DNA from: an uncultured delta proteobacterium
GTDB taxonomy: Bacteria > Myxococcota_A > Polyangia > Polyangiales > JAFGIB01
DNA length: 64,000 nt
NCBI GenBank assembly: GCA_963778655.1
Contig: CAVZVA010000001.1
Span: 25,016-89,015, forward strand
Reading direction: 5' to 3'
The position numbers and the translations under genes are program-made. The stretch's first letter is position 1, and each line of letters opens with the position of its first letter. Positions 10,826 through 25,325 of this stretch are shown here, piece by piece. The notes beneath the pieces were generated by a model. That model saw only the letters and a list, made by a program, of their open reading frames with translations. It was not told the origin of the DNA and did not search any database.

Positions 10826-11485
10826 CTACTCGGGGTCGAGCTTGGCGCCGGGCAGCACGCGCGGCGGTCCGAGGGTCGCCTCGCGGCGTTCGGGCTCGGA
10901 GCGCACGACCATCAGCGTCTGGCGGGCGGCACCGTCGCCGCCGCGCTCGCGCAGGAGCGCGTCCGACTGGTAGTCCAGCTTGCTCTTGCCGTCGGCAAGC
11001 AAGCGCACACGGTGCGGGTACTCGGTCCAGGTGCGCCAGCCGTCGCTCGAGCAAAACACGCTGCGCGCGAGCAGCCACGCGCTGAGCCTGGTGCCGAAGG
11101 CGTTGGCCGCGGGCTCGATGCTGAGCGGATTGGCGATGCAGCGGAAGCGGCTGCCGGGCGGCATGGCGAGCTCCACGGCCTCGCACGCAGGCAGCGGCTG
11201 CCACACGGGCGTCTTCCTCTGATGCGGCGCGTACTGCTCCACGAAAACGCGCCAGGTTTGCGCGGTGAGGTCCGGCGGCTCGACGGAGATCGCGGGCTTG
11301 CCCTTGGAGCGCCACGCCTGCGGCGCGACGAATGCCTTGGTCGGGGGCGCAAGCGACGGCGCGGGCTGCAGCGCGGGCGCAGGCGCGTGATCGGCACGCG
11401 CGGGCAGGCGGGTGTTCGAACAGCCGCCGCAGGCCACGAGCACAGCCAGCTGGGGCGAGAGCGCCAGAGCTACGCGCGGTGCCAA
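10826..11485 (-). CDS. Hypothetical exported protein or lipoprotein
   Basis: 3' part of ORF 10826..12748; hydrophobic N-terminus LAVLVACGGC directly after the upstream stop; TTG start inferred. Confidence 0.5.
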   Translation of the reverse strand: MAPRVALALSPQLAVLVACGGCSNTRLPARADHAPAPALQPAPSLAPPTKAFVAPQAWRSKGKPAISVEPPDLTAQTWRVFVEQYAPHQRKTPVWQPLPACEAVELAMPPGSRFRCIANPLSIEPAANAFGTRLSAWLLARSVFCSSDGWRTWTEYPHRVRLLADGKSKLDYQSDALLRERGGDGAARQTLMVVRSEPERREATLGPPRVLPGAKLDPE

Positions 11486-11493
11486 CGCCCTGC

Positions 11494-13122
11494 CTACTGC
11501 ACTTTCAGGACCGTGAGCGTGTTGCCGGCGACGCCGGTCGCCCAAGTGAGGCCTTCGCCGAAGGCGACTCGGCCGTTGGCGATCGTCACCGTGCCCGCCA
11601 CCGTGCCGCCGTTGGAGGGAAGCGTCTTGAGAATGGCGCCGATATCGGTATCGAACACGACCAGGTTGGCCCCCGAGCCCACAAAGCCCACGCCATTGGC
11701 CACGCTGGTGCGCCCGTAGACCGGACCCGGCAGCGGAGTCATCCAGCCGATGTCCCCGGTGGCGCCGTCGAGCCCGAACATGGTGGAGGCGCCGTTCGCG
11801 TTGCAGGCGAACAGCATGTACTTCCCCGACCAGGCGCCGTTGACGAAGATGCCCACTTGCCCGTCGCGCGTGTTGTTGCCTTCGCACAGCTTGCGCGTCC
11901 AGATCAGCTTGCCGGTCGCACGATCGACTGCATGCGCCTCGCCGGTCTTCTGTCCCGACGACACCAGCTTGGTCATGACGCCGTCGACCATCGCCTCGTA
12001 CAGCACGGGATTGGCACCGAAGTCTGCATCCGGCGAGTTGAAGTCGGTCGAGTTCCAGGTATCGCCCATCGTGCGCTGGTTCTTCCACTGGATGTCGCCG
12101 GTGGCGAAATCGAACGCGACGAACGCATCGGAGCTGTCGGTGGCGGGCATGGTGTGATTGTTGCCGGTGGTGCCGAACGCCATTCCGTCGGCCACGTCGG
12201 CCGCAGCCGACGACCATAGCGAGGCGCCCGTCGAGCCCGAGGGCACCGTGTAGCCGACCCACGCGACCTTCCCGCTGCGCTTGTCGAGCTTCGCGAGGAA
12301 ACCGCGAAAGGTCGACAAGCCGGAGACTTCTGCGCCGCCCGAGGAACCGCCGATGAGCACGAAGTCTCCCGCGATCACCGGAGAGGACGAGCCGTCCCCG
12401 GCCTGGGTGTCGGGTGGCTGGGACCACTTCTGCATGCCGGTCGTGGCGTCGAGCGCGACCACGGCGCCGAGCTGGGTGTAGAGGTAGAGCGTGCCCTGGT
12501 CGTACGCCATCGAGCCGGTGGTGCCGGTCGGATTGTTCCACAGCTCCTTGCCGGATGCGTCCAGCGCCTTGATGCCCGCCCCCGACGAGGCGTAGATCGT
12601 GTCTCCCACCTGCAGGGGCGCCCCATAGACGTTGGTGCCCAAGTTGACCTGCCAAGCGATGGTGAGGCTCGCCGCGTTCTGCTTGGTAAGGACGCGCTCG
12701 GCCGTGTTGTTGTACGACGACGAGGCGTCGTAGCCGATCATGGTCCACTGGCTCAGCGCTCCGTTCGGGCTCTGGCCCTCGCCGCCCCCGCTGCTGCCGG
12801 CGGTGGCGGTCCCGACGCCGGGGGCGCTGCCGCCGCCCGCCGGCGTCGTCGCTCCAGCGCTGCCGGTGGCAGCGGGACCCATGCCGGGTTGCATCACGGC
12901 GCCGCCGCCTTGATTCGAAGGGCCGAGCGCGGCCCCTCCGGTGCCCGCGCCTGGACCCGCGTTGGATTCCGCGGGAGGCGCGCCGACCATGGGGCCGCCC
13001 GAGCCCGGGCTCGACGAGCAGCCGCTGCCCGCGGGCATCAGCAGCAGCGCGGCCAGCGCCACGCGGCTCGGCGAGCAGACCCGTGCTTGCAGGTCCGCCG
13101 TTCTTGCTTTCGACCTCGTCAT
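11494..13122 (-). CDS. PQQ-binding-like beta-propeller lipoprotein (PVA dehydrogenase/BamB-like)
   Basis: Lipobox AGSGC, Gly/Ala linker, W.MIGYD...N, repeats ALDA.TG..KW, GASLWSS.A.D, GTTGNN, DADFGANP, GQKTG. Confidence 0.8.
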   Translation of the reverse strand: MTRSKARTADLQARVCSPSRVALAALLLMPAGSGCSSSPGSGGPMVGAPPAESNAGPGAGTGGAALGPSNQGGGAVMQPGMGPAATGSAGATTPAGGGSAPGVGTATAGSSGGGEGQSPNGALSQWTMIGYDASSSYNNTAERVLTKQNAASLTIAWQVNLGTNVYGAPLQVGDTIYASSGAGIKALDASGKELWNNPTGTTGSMAYDQGTLYLYTQLGAVVALDATTGMQKWSQPPDTQAGDGSSSPVIAGDFVLIGGSSGGAEVSGLSTFRGFLAKLDKRSGKVAWVGYTVPSGSTGASLWSSAAADVADGMAFGTTGNNHTMPATDSSDAFVAFDFATGDIQWKNQRTMGDTWNSTDFNSPDADFGANPVLYEAMVDGVMTKLVSSGQKTGEAHAVDRATGKLIWTRKLCEGNNTRDGQVGIFVNGAWSGKYMLFACNANGASTMFGLDGATGDIGWMTPLPGPVYGRTSVANGVGFVGSGANLVVFDTDIGAILKTLPSNGGTVAGTVTIANGRVAFGEGLTWATGVAGNTLTVLKVQ

Positions 13123-13364
13123 CTGCAGCTCACCAGCGGCGCTGCGAGCGCCTGCACGAATGGATGGACCAGCTCGCTCGCAGCTTGGCGTGAGGCCCAG
13201 CGCAGGTCCTTGGCTGCTCTTGGTGGAACTGGGCTGTTTGCTACGCGATGCCGTGCCGATTGCGGCGCGCGCTACGGAGCGTACCGGATCGGGGGACATC
13301 CGAATCGCGCAGCGCGGCGAGCGGCGTGCTTGAGACGCTCCGGAGCCGCGACCATACTGCGGCA

Positions 13365-17794
<4,430 letters not shown>

Positions 17795-17926
17795 CCTAGC
17801 CCACCTTCGGCGTGGGTCTGGACCCGAAGGATTGCCGGAGCGGCCCAGGCCACGCCCGCGTGGCTGGCTCGGGCAGCCTGCGTATGCGAGAGTCAGCTCG
17901 GGTTCGGGACATCGGGAGGTGGGGTG

Positions 17927-19090
17927 ATGGGTGCAATAGAACAGCCGCGCTCCGCGGCGATCGCCATGGGGCTGTGCTCGATGCTGGTGTCGCTGGGCTG
18001 CAGCGGCGGCAATAGCGCCTCGAACGCCACGCCGGGGACGTGTACCGGCGCGGCGTGCGCGACGGTCGCCAATCCGATGAACGCCGCCGCGAGCGCGGGT
18101 GCGGTCCAGGACGTGCCGAGCGCACCGGGTGCGAGCACGGGCGCCAGCGTCACGCCGGCCACGCCGCCGGCCAGCGCGACCGGGGGCACCACCGGCAGCG
18201 GTGCGGCCGGCGCGGGCGCGGGCACCGCGGGCGCGATGGCACCCGCGCAGGCGACCATGCCGCCACCGCCGGCCGGCAGCTCGGGCTGCGACGCGGCCAC
18301 TTGGCCGCCGGCCGGCACCGACATGCTCGACGTCGGCGGAACGCAGCGCACCTATATCGTCGCGCTGCCTAACGGCTACGACTCGCACAAGCCCTACAAG
18401 CTGATCTTCGCCTGGCACGGACTCGGCGGCAGCGCGCAGCAGATCGCGGGCGGCTTCGCCGGGTTCGGCTACTACGGCCTGCAATCGATGGCCGGCGACA
18501 GCGCGATCTTCGTCGCTCCTCAGGGCCTCGATACCGGCATCACGCTCACCAACGGCATGCCGGGAAACACCACCGCCGACGGCGGCACGCCGCCTGCCGG
18601 CAGCACCGCGGGCTGGTCCAATACCAACGACCAGGACATCGCCTTCACGCGCGCGATGCTGGACACGCTGCGCGCGAGCTACTGCGTCGACGACGCGCGC
18701 ATCTTCTCGGTCGGCATGAGCTTCGGCGGCATCATGTCGAACACGGTCGGCTGCGAGCTCGGCGACGTGTTCCGTGCGATCGCGCCGATGTCGGGCTCCG
18801 GGCCGCGCCAGGGCTTTGGCGCGAGCGCGTGCGCGGGTCAGGTCGCGGCCTGGATCGCGCACGGCAACATGGACATGACGGTGCCCTTCGCCCAGGGGCA
18901 GGCCAGCCGCGACTTCTGGGCGATGGCCAACCACTGCAGCAGCGACACCATGCCGGTCGACCCGACCGGCTGCGTGACCTACCAGGGCTGCGACGCCGGC
19001 TATCCGGTGACCTGGTGCGAATTCGACGGCGGTCACACCATCTGGCAGCCCTCGAGCGCGGCGATCTGGGCCTTCTTCTCGCAGTTCTGA
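17927..19090 (+). CDS. Lipoprotein alpha/beta hydrolase (PHB depolymerase/feruloyl esterase LpqC-like)
   Basis: Lipobox SLGC, low-complexity linker, RTYIVALP, FAWHGLGG, FVAPQG, nucleophile GMSFGG, HGNMD.TVP, FDGGH, WAFFSQF. Confidence 0.85.
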   Translation: MGAIEQPRSAAIAMGLCSMLVSLGCSGGNSASNATPGTCTGAACATVANPMNAAASAGAVQDVPSAPGASTGASVTPATPPASATGGTTGSGAAGAGAGTAGAMAPAQATMPPPPAGSSGCDAATWPPAGTDMLDVGGTQRTYIVALPNGYDSHKPYKLIFAWHGLGGSAQQIAGGFAGFGYYGLQSMAGDSAIFVAPQGLDTGITLTNGMPGNTTADGGTPPAGSTAGWSNTNDQDIAFTRAMLDTLRASYCVDDARIFSVGMSFGGIMSNTVGCELGDVFRAIAPMSGSGPRQGFGASACAGQVAAWIAHGNMDMTVPFAQGQASRDFWAMANHCSSDTMPVDPTGCVTYQGCDAGYPVTWCEFDGGHTIWQPSSAAIWAFFSQF

Positions 19091-19215
19091 ATAGGAGAGG
19101 AATCACAGGAAGTCGGGAAGTCGAGCAGCTTCTTGTTCCCGCCTGCCTGTCTTCCTGCCGCAGCTTCTGAACATCGCCACGCACATCGAGGAGGCTCGCG
19201 GTGGGCAACTCGAGG

Positions 19216-20430
19216 CTAGCGCGCGGCCTGGTTGCGGGGAGGCGTGCGCGCCGAGGCGGCTGGATGCTTGTGCCGCTCGAGTGGGTGCGTGCCCGTGGTC
19301 TTCCAGTCCTGCGCGATCCAGTAGCCGATGCCCTCGGCCAGCACCGTGACCTTCTTGAAGCCGTGGTCGAGCAGCTTCTGCGCGAGCTCGCCGGACTCGG
19401 CGTGCGGGCACGCGCAGTAGCTGACCAGCCAGGTGTTCTTGGGCAGCCGCGCCAGGTACGGCGAGGGATCATAGAAGGGCACGCTGACCGCGCCGGTGAT
19501 GTGCTCGCGCACGTAGTCGGACGGCGCACGCGCGTCCAGCAGCACCAAGCGGGCGTGGCGCGCGAGCTGCTCGTGGATCACCTTGCCAGGCGTGGTCTTG
19601 GGATAGATCTCGAAGCCGACCGGCTCCGGCCCGTGCGGGTTGAGCGGGATCTTGCCCAGCGGCAGCGGCGCATCGAGCTGAGGCGGGGCCGCGGCGGCGG
19701 CCTCCTTCTTGGCGGCGGCGGTCGCCCCGAAGCTGCGTACCAGCGCCACCATGTCCTCGAGCCCTTGCTGGCCGAGCTTCACCGCGAACGGCTTCATCTC
19801 GGTGCCCGGGCGCCCCATCCAGATCGCAAAGCGCAGGAAGCCGTTGCTGGCGTCGTTGAGCAGATCGGGGTTGCCGATCTGCTCGTAGGGGCCCTTCACG
19901 CCGCGCTCGCCGTGGCAGCGCGCGCACTCGCTCGCGTAGACCGGCTCGGCCCGCTTGGGGTCACCGCGCAGCGGCCTGTTGTCGAGCGACAGGCGACCGC
20001 CCTTCTGCCAGGTGCGGATGAACGCCACAATCGCCTCGATGTCGTCTGGCGACAGCGGCCCGCCGTGCTGCTTGGCCCAGGCCGACATGGTCGAGCCGTT
20101 GCGGCCACGCGCGATCGCATTGCGCAGGAACGCATCGTCGGCCGACGCCAGAAAGTTCGGCTGGGCCAGCGCCGGCGCGCGGTCGGCCTTGTAGCCCTCG
20201 CCGCGCGCGCCGTGGCACACCGCACAGGTGTGGGCGTACAGCGCGCCGCCGTGCTTCTGCTTGGCGAGCAGCGCCGCAGCCACGGAATCGGGGGGGGGCT
20301 GCGCGGTCTGCTGCTGCGGCGCGGCGGGACGCGCGGCATCGGTGGCGGGTGGCGTGCACGAGCCGCAGCTGAGCGCGGATGCGGCCAGTGCCGCAGGCAG
20401 GAACAGGCGAGGGAGGGGAAGCCAGCGCAT
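19216..20430 (-). CDS. Diheme cytochrome c fused to a C-terminal rhodanese domain (lipoprotein)
   Basis: Signal ending ALSC; CAVCH and CARCH heme motifs each followed by GR....M; rhodanese LLDAR...Y...HITGAVSVP...YCACPH.ES...L.EG...W. Confidence 0.85.
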   Translation of the reverse strand: MRWLPLPRLFLPAALAASALSCGSCTPPATDAARPAAPQQQTAQPPPDSVAAALLAKQKHGGALYAHTCAVCHGARGEGYKADRAPALAQPNFLASADDAFLRNAIARGRNGSTMSAWAKQHGGPLSPDDIEAIVAFIRTWQKGGRLSLDNRPLRGDPKRAEPVYASECARCHGERGVKGPYEQIGNPDLLNDASNGFLRFAIWMGRPGTEMKPFAVKLGQQGLEDMVALVRSFGATAAAKKEAAAAAPPQLDAPLPLGKIPLNPHGPEPVGFEIYPKTTPGKVIHEQLARHARLVLLDARAPSDYVREHITGAVSVPFYDPSPYLARLPKNTWLVSYCACPHAESGELAQKLLDHGFKKVTVLAEGIGYWIAQDWKTTGTHPLERHKHPAASARTPPRNQAAR

Positions 20431-20882
20431 GCGATCGACAGCGATCCCAGGGACCGCAGGACGCCGAGCACACTACGACGTGCCGCGGTCGGGGCCAGCG
20501 ACTTTCTGCGCACAATCCGCGTACCGGCGCCCGAAGCCTGAACGCATACACAGATCCGGAGGGCCCGCGCACGGCCTGCGACCGCCCCCCGCGATTGACC
20601 GCGGCCGTCATCGGATTGGCCCCCAAAGCCAAACGCCGACCGGCTTCACGACACCAGCCGCTTGGGGCGTCGAAGCCCGAGCTAACGCGTGGCAAACGCG
20701 CCTGCGGGCTTGCTTATCGTCCTATTGCAAAAGGAGGCGCGCGTGGGTAGACAAAACGGTGAAGCGACGTGGTGGTGGGCGCAGGGTACGCGCGGTGCAA
20801 TCGCTCGGGACGTGATTGCGCACACTCGGTCGGGCTAGCCGGGTGGAGACCACTCGTCGTCTGCAAACATGTGAGGTGGGTC

Positions 20883-22031
20883 ATGGGTCGATGTGGAAAG
20901 GCAGTGGTCGGGACTTGCTGCGTGCTGTGGATCGCGGCGGGTTGCAGCGGCAGCGACAACGGCAGCGGTAGTCAGACGCAAACCAGCGGCAACGCGAGCG
21001 TAGGGTCGCCGGGGGGCGCGGTTTCGGGCAACGCCACCGGCACCGGCGGCGCGAGCACGATCGGCGGCACGGGTGGCACGCCCGCGGTTCCGATCGGCGG
21101 CGCGGGCACGGCAGCGCCGCCTTCGGTCGCACCGCCTGCGGGCACGGGCGGCAGCGCGGCGATGATTCCCGGCGGCACCGGCGGCGCCGTAGCGGCGGGA
21201 ACCGGAGGGACCAGCGGCGCGGCCGGCGCGCCAAGCACGCCGGCTGGACCGGCCGGCCCCGAGGACGGCGATCCGAGCAAACCCGTGGTCGCGCTGACCG
21301 ACGTGGCGTGCCGCAATCCTGCGACCCCGACCTTCGGCATCGGCATGCCGAACCTCAAGGTCGACGACCGCGACGTGATCCTCGACTACCCGTGCGACAA
21401 GCACGAGGGCGCGCCGATGACCTTCATCCTCAACCTGCACGGCACCACGCCGGTGGCGCAGCACTTCTACCAGGAAGGTTACTTCTCGGCGTATCAGTTC
21501 GTGGCCTCGCACAACCTGATCATCGCGACGCCGAGCTCGGTCGTGGAGCAATGGGGCAACGGCGATAACGGTCAGGACGAGCCCTACCTGATGGACGTGA
21601 TCGACTACGTCTACACCAACCTGGGCAGCAAGTTCGACATCCGCTCGATGTGGGTGGGCGGCCACTCCTGGGGCGCGTTCTACACCGCGCAGTTCGGCTG
21701 CAAGCCGGAGCTGCAGGACAAGGTCAAGGGGCTGATCATCATGAGCGGCTCTCCGACCCCGCCCGCCTGCACCGATCGTGTCGCCCTGATCGACACCAAC
21801 GCCGAGATGGACATCGGTCCGCCGCTCGACCAGGGGACCTTCCCGATGCAGCACGGCTGCGACGCCTCGATGATGAAGATGGACGGCAACAACACCGAGA
21901 CCTTCTGGCCCAACTGCGACCCGGGCTTCGTGCACGCCAACTATCTGATGCTCGGCAAGATGCACACCGACTTCATGGACAAGGAAGTGGTGCAGAGCAT
22001 CGTCGACTGGATCAAGCTGGCTCGCCAGTAG
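20883..22031 (+). CDS. Lipoprotein alpha/beta hydrolase (esterase-like)
   Basis: Lipobox IAAGC, Gly/Thr/Ala linker, LNLHGT, GGHSWG nucleophile elbow; RBS GAGGTG. Confidence 0.75.
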   Translation: MGRCGKAVVGTCCVLWIAAGCSGSDNGSGSQTQTSGNASVGSPGGAVSGNATGTGGASTIGGTGGTPAVPIGGAGTAAPPSVAPPAGTGGSAAMIPGGTGGAVAAGTGGTSGAAGAPSTPAGPAGPEDGDPSKPVVALTDVACRNPATPTFGIGMPNLKVDDRDVILDYPCDKHEGAPMTFILNLHGTTPVAQHFYQEGYFSAYQFVASHNLIIATPSSVVEQWGNGDNGQDEPYLMDVIDYVYTNLGSKFDIRSMWVGGHSWGAFYTAQFGCKPELQDKVKGLIIMSGSPTPPACTDRVALIDTNAEMDIGPPLDQGTFPMQHGCDASMMKMDGNNTETFWPNCDPGFVHANYLMLGKMHTDFMDKEVVQSIVDWIKLARQ

Positions 22032-22215
22032 CCAACCCGGGAGCGCGGCTGGCGCAGCGCGCCAGCCAATCGCTTCCATCGCGCACGGCAGGAAGGCTCG
22101 TGCCCCCCAAGGCACGGGCCAGCTCAGCGCACGCGAGCCCGCGGCACGGCGCTGCACGATCGCGCTTTTCACGCGGCCGCGCTTTGGCCTACGCTCGGTC
22201 CCGAGGAGGGAACAG

Positions 22216-22845
22216 GTGCCAAGCACGAGCTACCCACTACACGACGAACTCCGCGCGCGCGGTGCCCGGCTGCCGCCGCCAACGCCGCGCCGGCGCGTGG
22301 CCTCCAGGCTCGCCGCAGCGGTCCTTGCGCTGGCGCCGGCCGCGGCCTGCAATTCCTCGAAGGCGCCCCCGCCTCCGTCGCTTGCCGCAGCCGCCCCCGC
22401 AGTGCCGAGCCAGCAGGAGCTGGACCGCATCAAGCTGCTCAAGGAGGCCCAGGAGCGCGAGCGGGAGGCACGCAAGAAGAAGCGCGACGAAATGCGCGCG
22501 ATGGCCACCGCCACCGTGACCAAGAAGAAGGAGCTCGGCAAGGGCAAGAGCGTGAAGCTCGAGCTCGAGTTCCAGCTCAAGAACTTGAGCGACAAGGAGC
22601 TCACGGTCGCCGAAGGCGCGATGGAGATCCGCGATTCCAAGAACGAGCTGCTCAAGAGCCTGAAGGTGCCGTTCCCGGCTCCGATCAAGCCCGGCGCGAC
22701 GGTCAAGAAGAGCGGCAAGTTTCCCGCCGACCCGGGCAAGCCCACCGATGTCACCCTGGTCAAGACGCCGCTCAAGGAGCTGCAGCTCAACTGGGTGCCG
22801 CAGCACTACCGCTTCGCGGACGGCACCGACGTGCAGGGCGAGTAG
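22216..22845 (+). CDS. Hypothetical lipoprotein (Ig-like/FxLYD-like C-terminus)
   Basis: RBS GAGGAGG before GTG; lipobox AAAC; Lys-rich beta region LKNLSDK...IRDSKNE...PIKPG. Confidence 0.6.
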   Translation: MPSTSYPLHDELRARGARLPPPTPRRRVASRLAAAVLALAPAAACNSSKAPPPPSLAAAAPAVPSQQELDRIKLLKEAQEREREARKKKRDEMRAMATATVTKKKELGKGKSVKLELEFQLKNLSDKELTVAEGAMEIRDSKNELLKSLKVPFPAPIKPGATVKKSGKFPADPGKPTDVTLVKTPLKELQLNWVPQHYRFADGTDVQGE

Positions 22846-22855
22846 CGCGCGGTCG

Positions 22856-23338
22856 CTACTTCCCGCGCTCGAAGCGCCCGCTCTTGCCACCGCTCTTTTC
22901 GTGCAGGGCGATCTCGCCGATCGTCATGCCGCGATCGACCGCCTTGAGCATGTCGTAGACGGTCAGCGCCGCCACCGCGACCGCGGTCAGGGCCTCCATC
23001 TCGGCACCGGTGCGATCGAGGGCCTGCACCCGCGCCTCGATCAGGAGCGCGGAGCGCGCCGGGTCGGGCTGAAGCTCGACCTCGACGCCGGTGAGCGCGA
23101 TCGCGTGGCAGAGCGGGATCAGCTCCGGGGTCTTCTTGGCGGCCTGGATCGCGGCGATGCGCGCCGCGGCCAGCACGTCGCCCTTGGGCGCCTGCCCCGA
23201 AAGCAACAAGGTCAGCGTCTCCGGCCGCATGCTGACCACACCGCGCGCGACCGCGAGCCTGCGCGTGACCTGCTTGCCCGAGACGTCCACCATGTGCGCG
23301 TGGCCGTGCTCGTCGAGGTGGCTCAGCTCGTCGCCCAT
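22856..23338 (-). CDS. moaC: Cyclic pyranopterin monophosphate synthase MoaC
   Basis: [48 protein letters not shown]. Confidence 0.97.
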   Translation of the reverse strand: MGDELSHLDEHGHAHMVDVSGKQVTRRLAVARGVVSMRPETLTLLLSGQAPKGDVLAAARIAAIQAAKKTPELIPLCHAIALTGVEVELQPDPARSALLIEARVQALDRTGAEMEALTAVAVAALTVYDMLKAVDRGMTIGEIALHEKSGGKSGRFERGK

Positions 23339-23345
23339 CGCCGCG

Positions 23346-23353
23346 AGTATAGT
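23346..23353. promoter_or_regulatory. Overlapping divergent -10 elements (bidirectional promoter) for moaC and the SF1 helicase
   Basis: AGTATAGT reads TATAGT on + (23348-23353, 8 nt before ATG 23362) and TATACT on - (23351-23346, 7 nt before ATG 23338) within a 23-bp spacer. Confidence 0.6.
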
Positions 23354-23361
23354 TGATTTCG

Positions 23362-25299
23362 ATGAGCGACGAAGCCGAGGAAGCGCTTTCGCGATTGCTC
23401 GCGCTGTGGCGCAGGGAGCGCGAGGCGGCACGCGAGGAACAGCGGCGCACGCGCCAGACGCTCGACTTCGGCGAGCGCGTGGCGCGCGGGCTCGCGCTCA
23501 AGGGCCTGACCCTGGAGGACACCGACGCCAGCGCGGGCGGGCGCGCACTGCTGTGGGTGAAGCTCGAGTCGCAAACTGCGCTCGAGGACGCGCGCATCGG
23601 CGTGGGCGATCCGGTGCTGCTGTGGGCGGGCGATCCGGATGGCGAGCGCTGCGAGCGCGGCGTGGTCGCACGCGCGCGCAAGCAACGGCTGGCGATCGCG
23701 GTCGAGGCCGACTACGCGGAGTTCCTCGAGCAGGGGGCGTTCAACCTGGACCGCGAGGCGCCCGAGGCGACCTTCACACGCGGTGAGCAGGCGATCGCGC
23801 GCTTTCGCGAGGCCGAGCGCGGCAGCCAGCTCGAACGGCTGCGCGAGGTGCTGCTGGGCGAGCGCGCACCCGAGCACGAGGGCCCCGCGTCGCCGCCGCC
23901 GGCGTTCTTGGACGCCGAGCTCGACGCGACGCAGCGCGAGGCGGTGTGCCATGCGCTCGGCGCCAAGGACGTGGCTTTGATCCACGGGCCACCCGGTACG
24001 GGCAAGACGCGCACGCTGTGCGAGGTGGTACGGCAGGCGCTCGCGCGCGGCGAGCGCGTGCTGGTGAGCGCGGCCAGCAACACCGCGGTCGACAACCTGG
24101 GCGAGCGTCTGGCGCGGCACGGCGTCGCGCTGGTGCGCCTGGGTCACCCGGTACGCGTGTCGCGCGCGCTCGAGGCGCGCACGCTCGACGCGCTGGTCGA
24201 GCAGAGCGAGGCGCGCACGCGCGCGCGGCGCTTCATCGCCGAGGCCAACGAGATCCGGCGCCGGGTGGAACGGCGGCGGGCACGCGGGCGGCTGCCGTGG
24301 CCGGAGGCGAGGCGCATGCTGGGCGAGGCGCGCGCGCTGATGCGGGATGCGCGCCGCACGCTCGACGCCGAGCGCGCACTGCAGCTGCAGCGGGTGCAGG
24401 TGGTGTGCGCGACGGCGGCCGGGGTCGACGTGGCGGCGCTGGGCGGGCTGCGCTTCGATCGCGTAGTGCTCGACGAGGCCACTCAGGCGGTAGACCCGGT
24501 GGCGCTGGCCGCGCTTTCGCGCGGGCAGAGGCTGGTGCTGGCGGGAGACCCCAAGCAGCTCCCACCGACCGTGCTGGACGCGGAGGCTTCCGCCTCCGGC
24601 CTTGCGCGCACGCTGTTCGAGCGGCTGGCCGAACGCCACGGCGAGCGGGTGCTGCGCATGTTGCAGGTGCAGTACCGCATGCACCGCGCGTTGATGCGCT
24701 TTCCCTCGCTCAGCATGTACGACGGGCGCCTGCGCGCGGATGCCGCGGTGGCCGAGCGCAGGCTCGAGGATCTGCCGGGGGTGCGTCCCGACCCGTTGCG
24801 GCCGGGGCCGTGGCACTTCATCGACTGCGCGGGCAAGGGCTTCGCGGAGCGGCGCGCGCACGACGACCCCAGCACCAGCAACCCAGGGCAGGCCGAGCGC
24901 ACTGCGCGCGAGGTGCACCGGCTGCTCTCGCGCGGATTGCCGCCGGCCGAGCTGGCCGTGATCACGCCCTACTTGGCGCAGGCGCGGCTGCTGCGCGAGC
25001 GCTTGCGTGCTGCGGTCGAGGCCGGGCTCGAGATCGGCACCGTCGACAGCTTTCAGGGCCGCGAAAAGGAAGCGGTCGTGGTCGACCTGGTGCGCAGCAA
25101 CGACGACGGCCAGGTCGGGTTCCTGGCCGACACGCGGCGCATGAACGTCGCCCTCACCCGCGCCCGGAGCCTGCTGCTGGTGATCGGGGACGGCGCCACC
25201 CTGCAGCGCCACGCGTACTACCGCAGCTTCATGGACGCCGCGGAGGCCGACGGCGCGCACCTGAGCGCGTGGTCCGACGAGGCGGACCCGCTGCCCTGA
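23362..25299 (+). CDS. Superfamily 1 helicase, IGHMBP2/Upf1-like (AAA_11/AAA_12)
   Basis: [64 protein letters not shown]. Confidence 0.93.
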   Translation: MSDEAEEALSRLLALWRREREAAREEQRRTRQTLDFGERVARGLALKGLTLEDTDASAGGRALLWVKLESQTALEDARIGVGDPVLLWAGDPDGERCERGVVARARKQRLAIAVEADYAEFLEQGAFNLDREAPEATFTRGEQAIARFREAERGSQLERLREVLLGERAPEHEGPASPPPAFLDAELDATQREAVCHALGAKDVALIHGPPGTGKTRTLCEVVRQALARGERVLVSAASNTAVDNLGERLARHGVALVRLGHPVRVSRALEARTLDALVEQSEARTRARRFIAEANEIRRRVERRRARGRLPWPEARRMLGEARALMRDARRTLDAERALQLQRVQVVCATAAGVDVAALGGLRFDRVVLDEATQAVDPVALAALSRGQRLVLAGDPKQLPPTVLDAEASASGLARTLFERLAERHGERVLRMLQVQYRMHRALMRFPSLSMYDGRLRADAAVAERRLEDLPGVRPDPLRPGPWHFIDCAGKGFAERRAHDDPSTSNPGQAERTAREVHRLLSRGLPPAELAVITPYLAQARLLRERLRAAVEAGLEIGTVDSFQGREKEAVVVDLVRSNDDGQVGFLADTRRMNVALTRARSLLLVIGDGATLQRHAYYRSFMDAAEADGAHLSAWSDEADPLP

Positions 25300-25325
25300 G
25301 CAGCTCGCATCAGGTGCGCGGCGCC

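Noticed and set aside
13245..13262. Possible sigma54 site upstream of the PQQ-like gene (CGGCACGGCATCGC)
   Set aside because: GG-GC spacing is 9, not the required 10.
20431..20882. Long intergenic region with GGCAAAC and hairpins, considered as a c-di-GMP-I riboswitch or sRNA
   Set aside because: Lacks the GAAA tetraloop and GACGCAAAGC elements; hairpins are expected at this GC content. An Rfam scan would be needed.
23362..25299. SF1 helicase (and lhr) as an anti-phage system
   Set aside because: Host-like GC, housekeeping neighbours, and no partner nuclease or defence genes.
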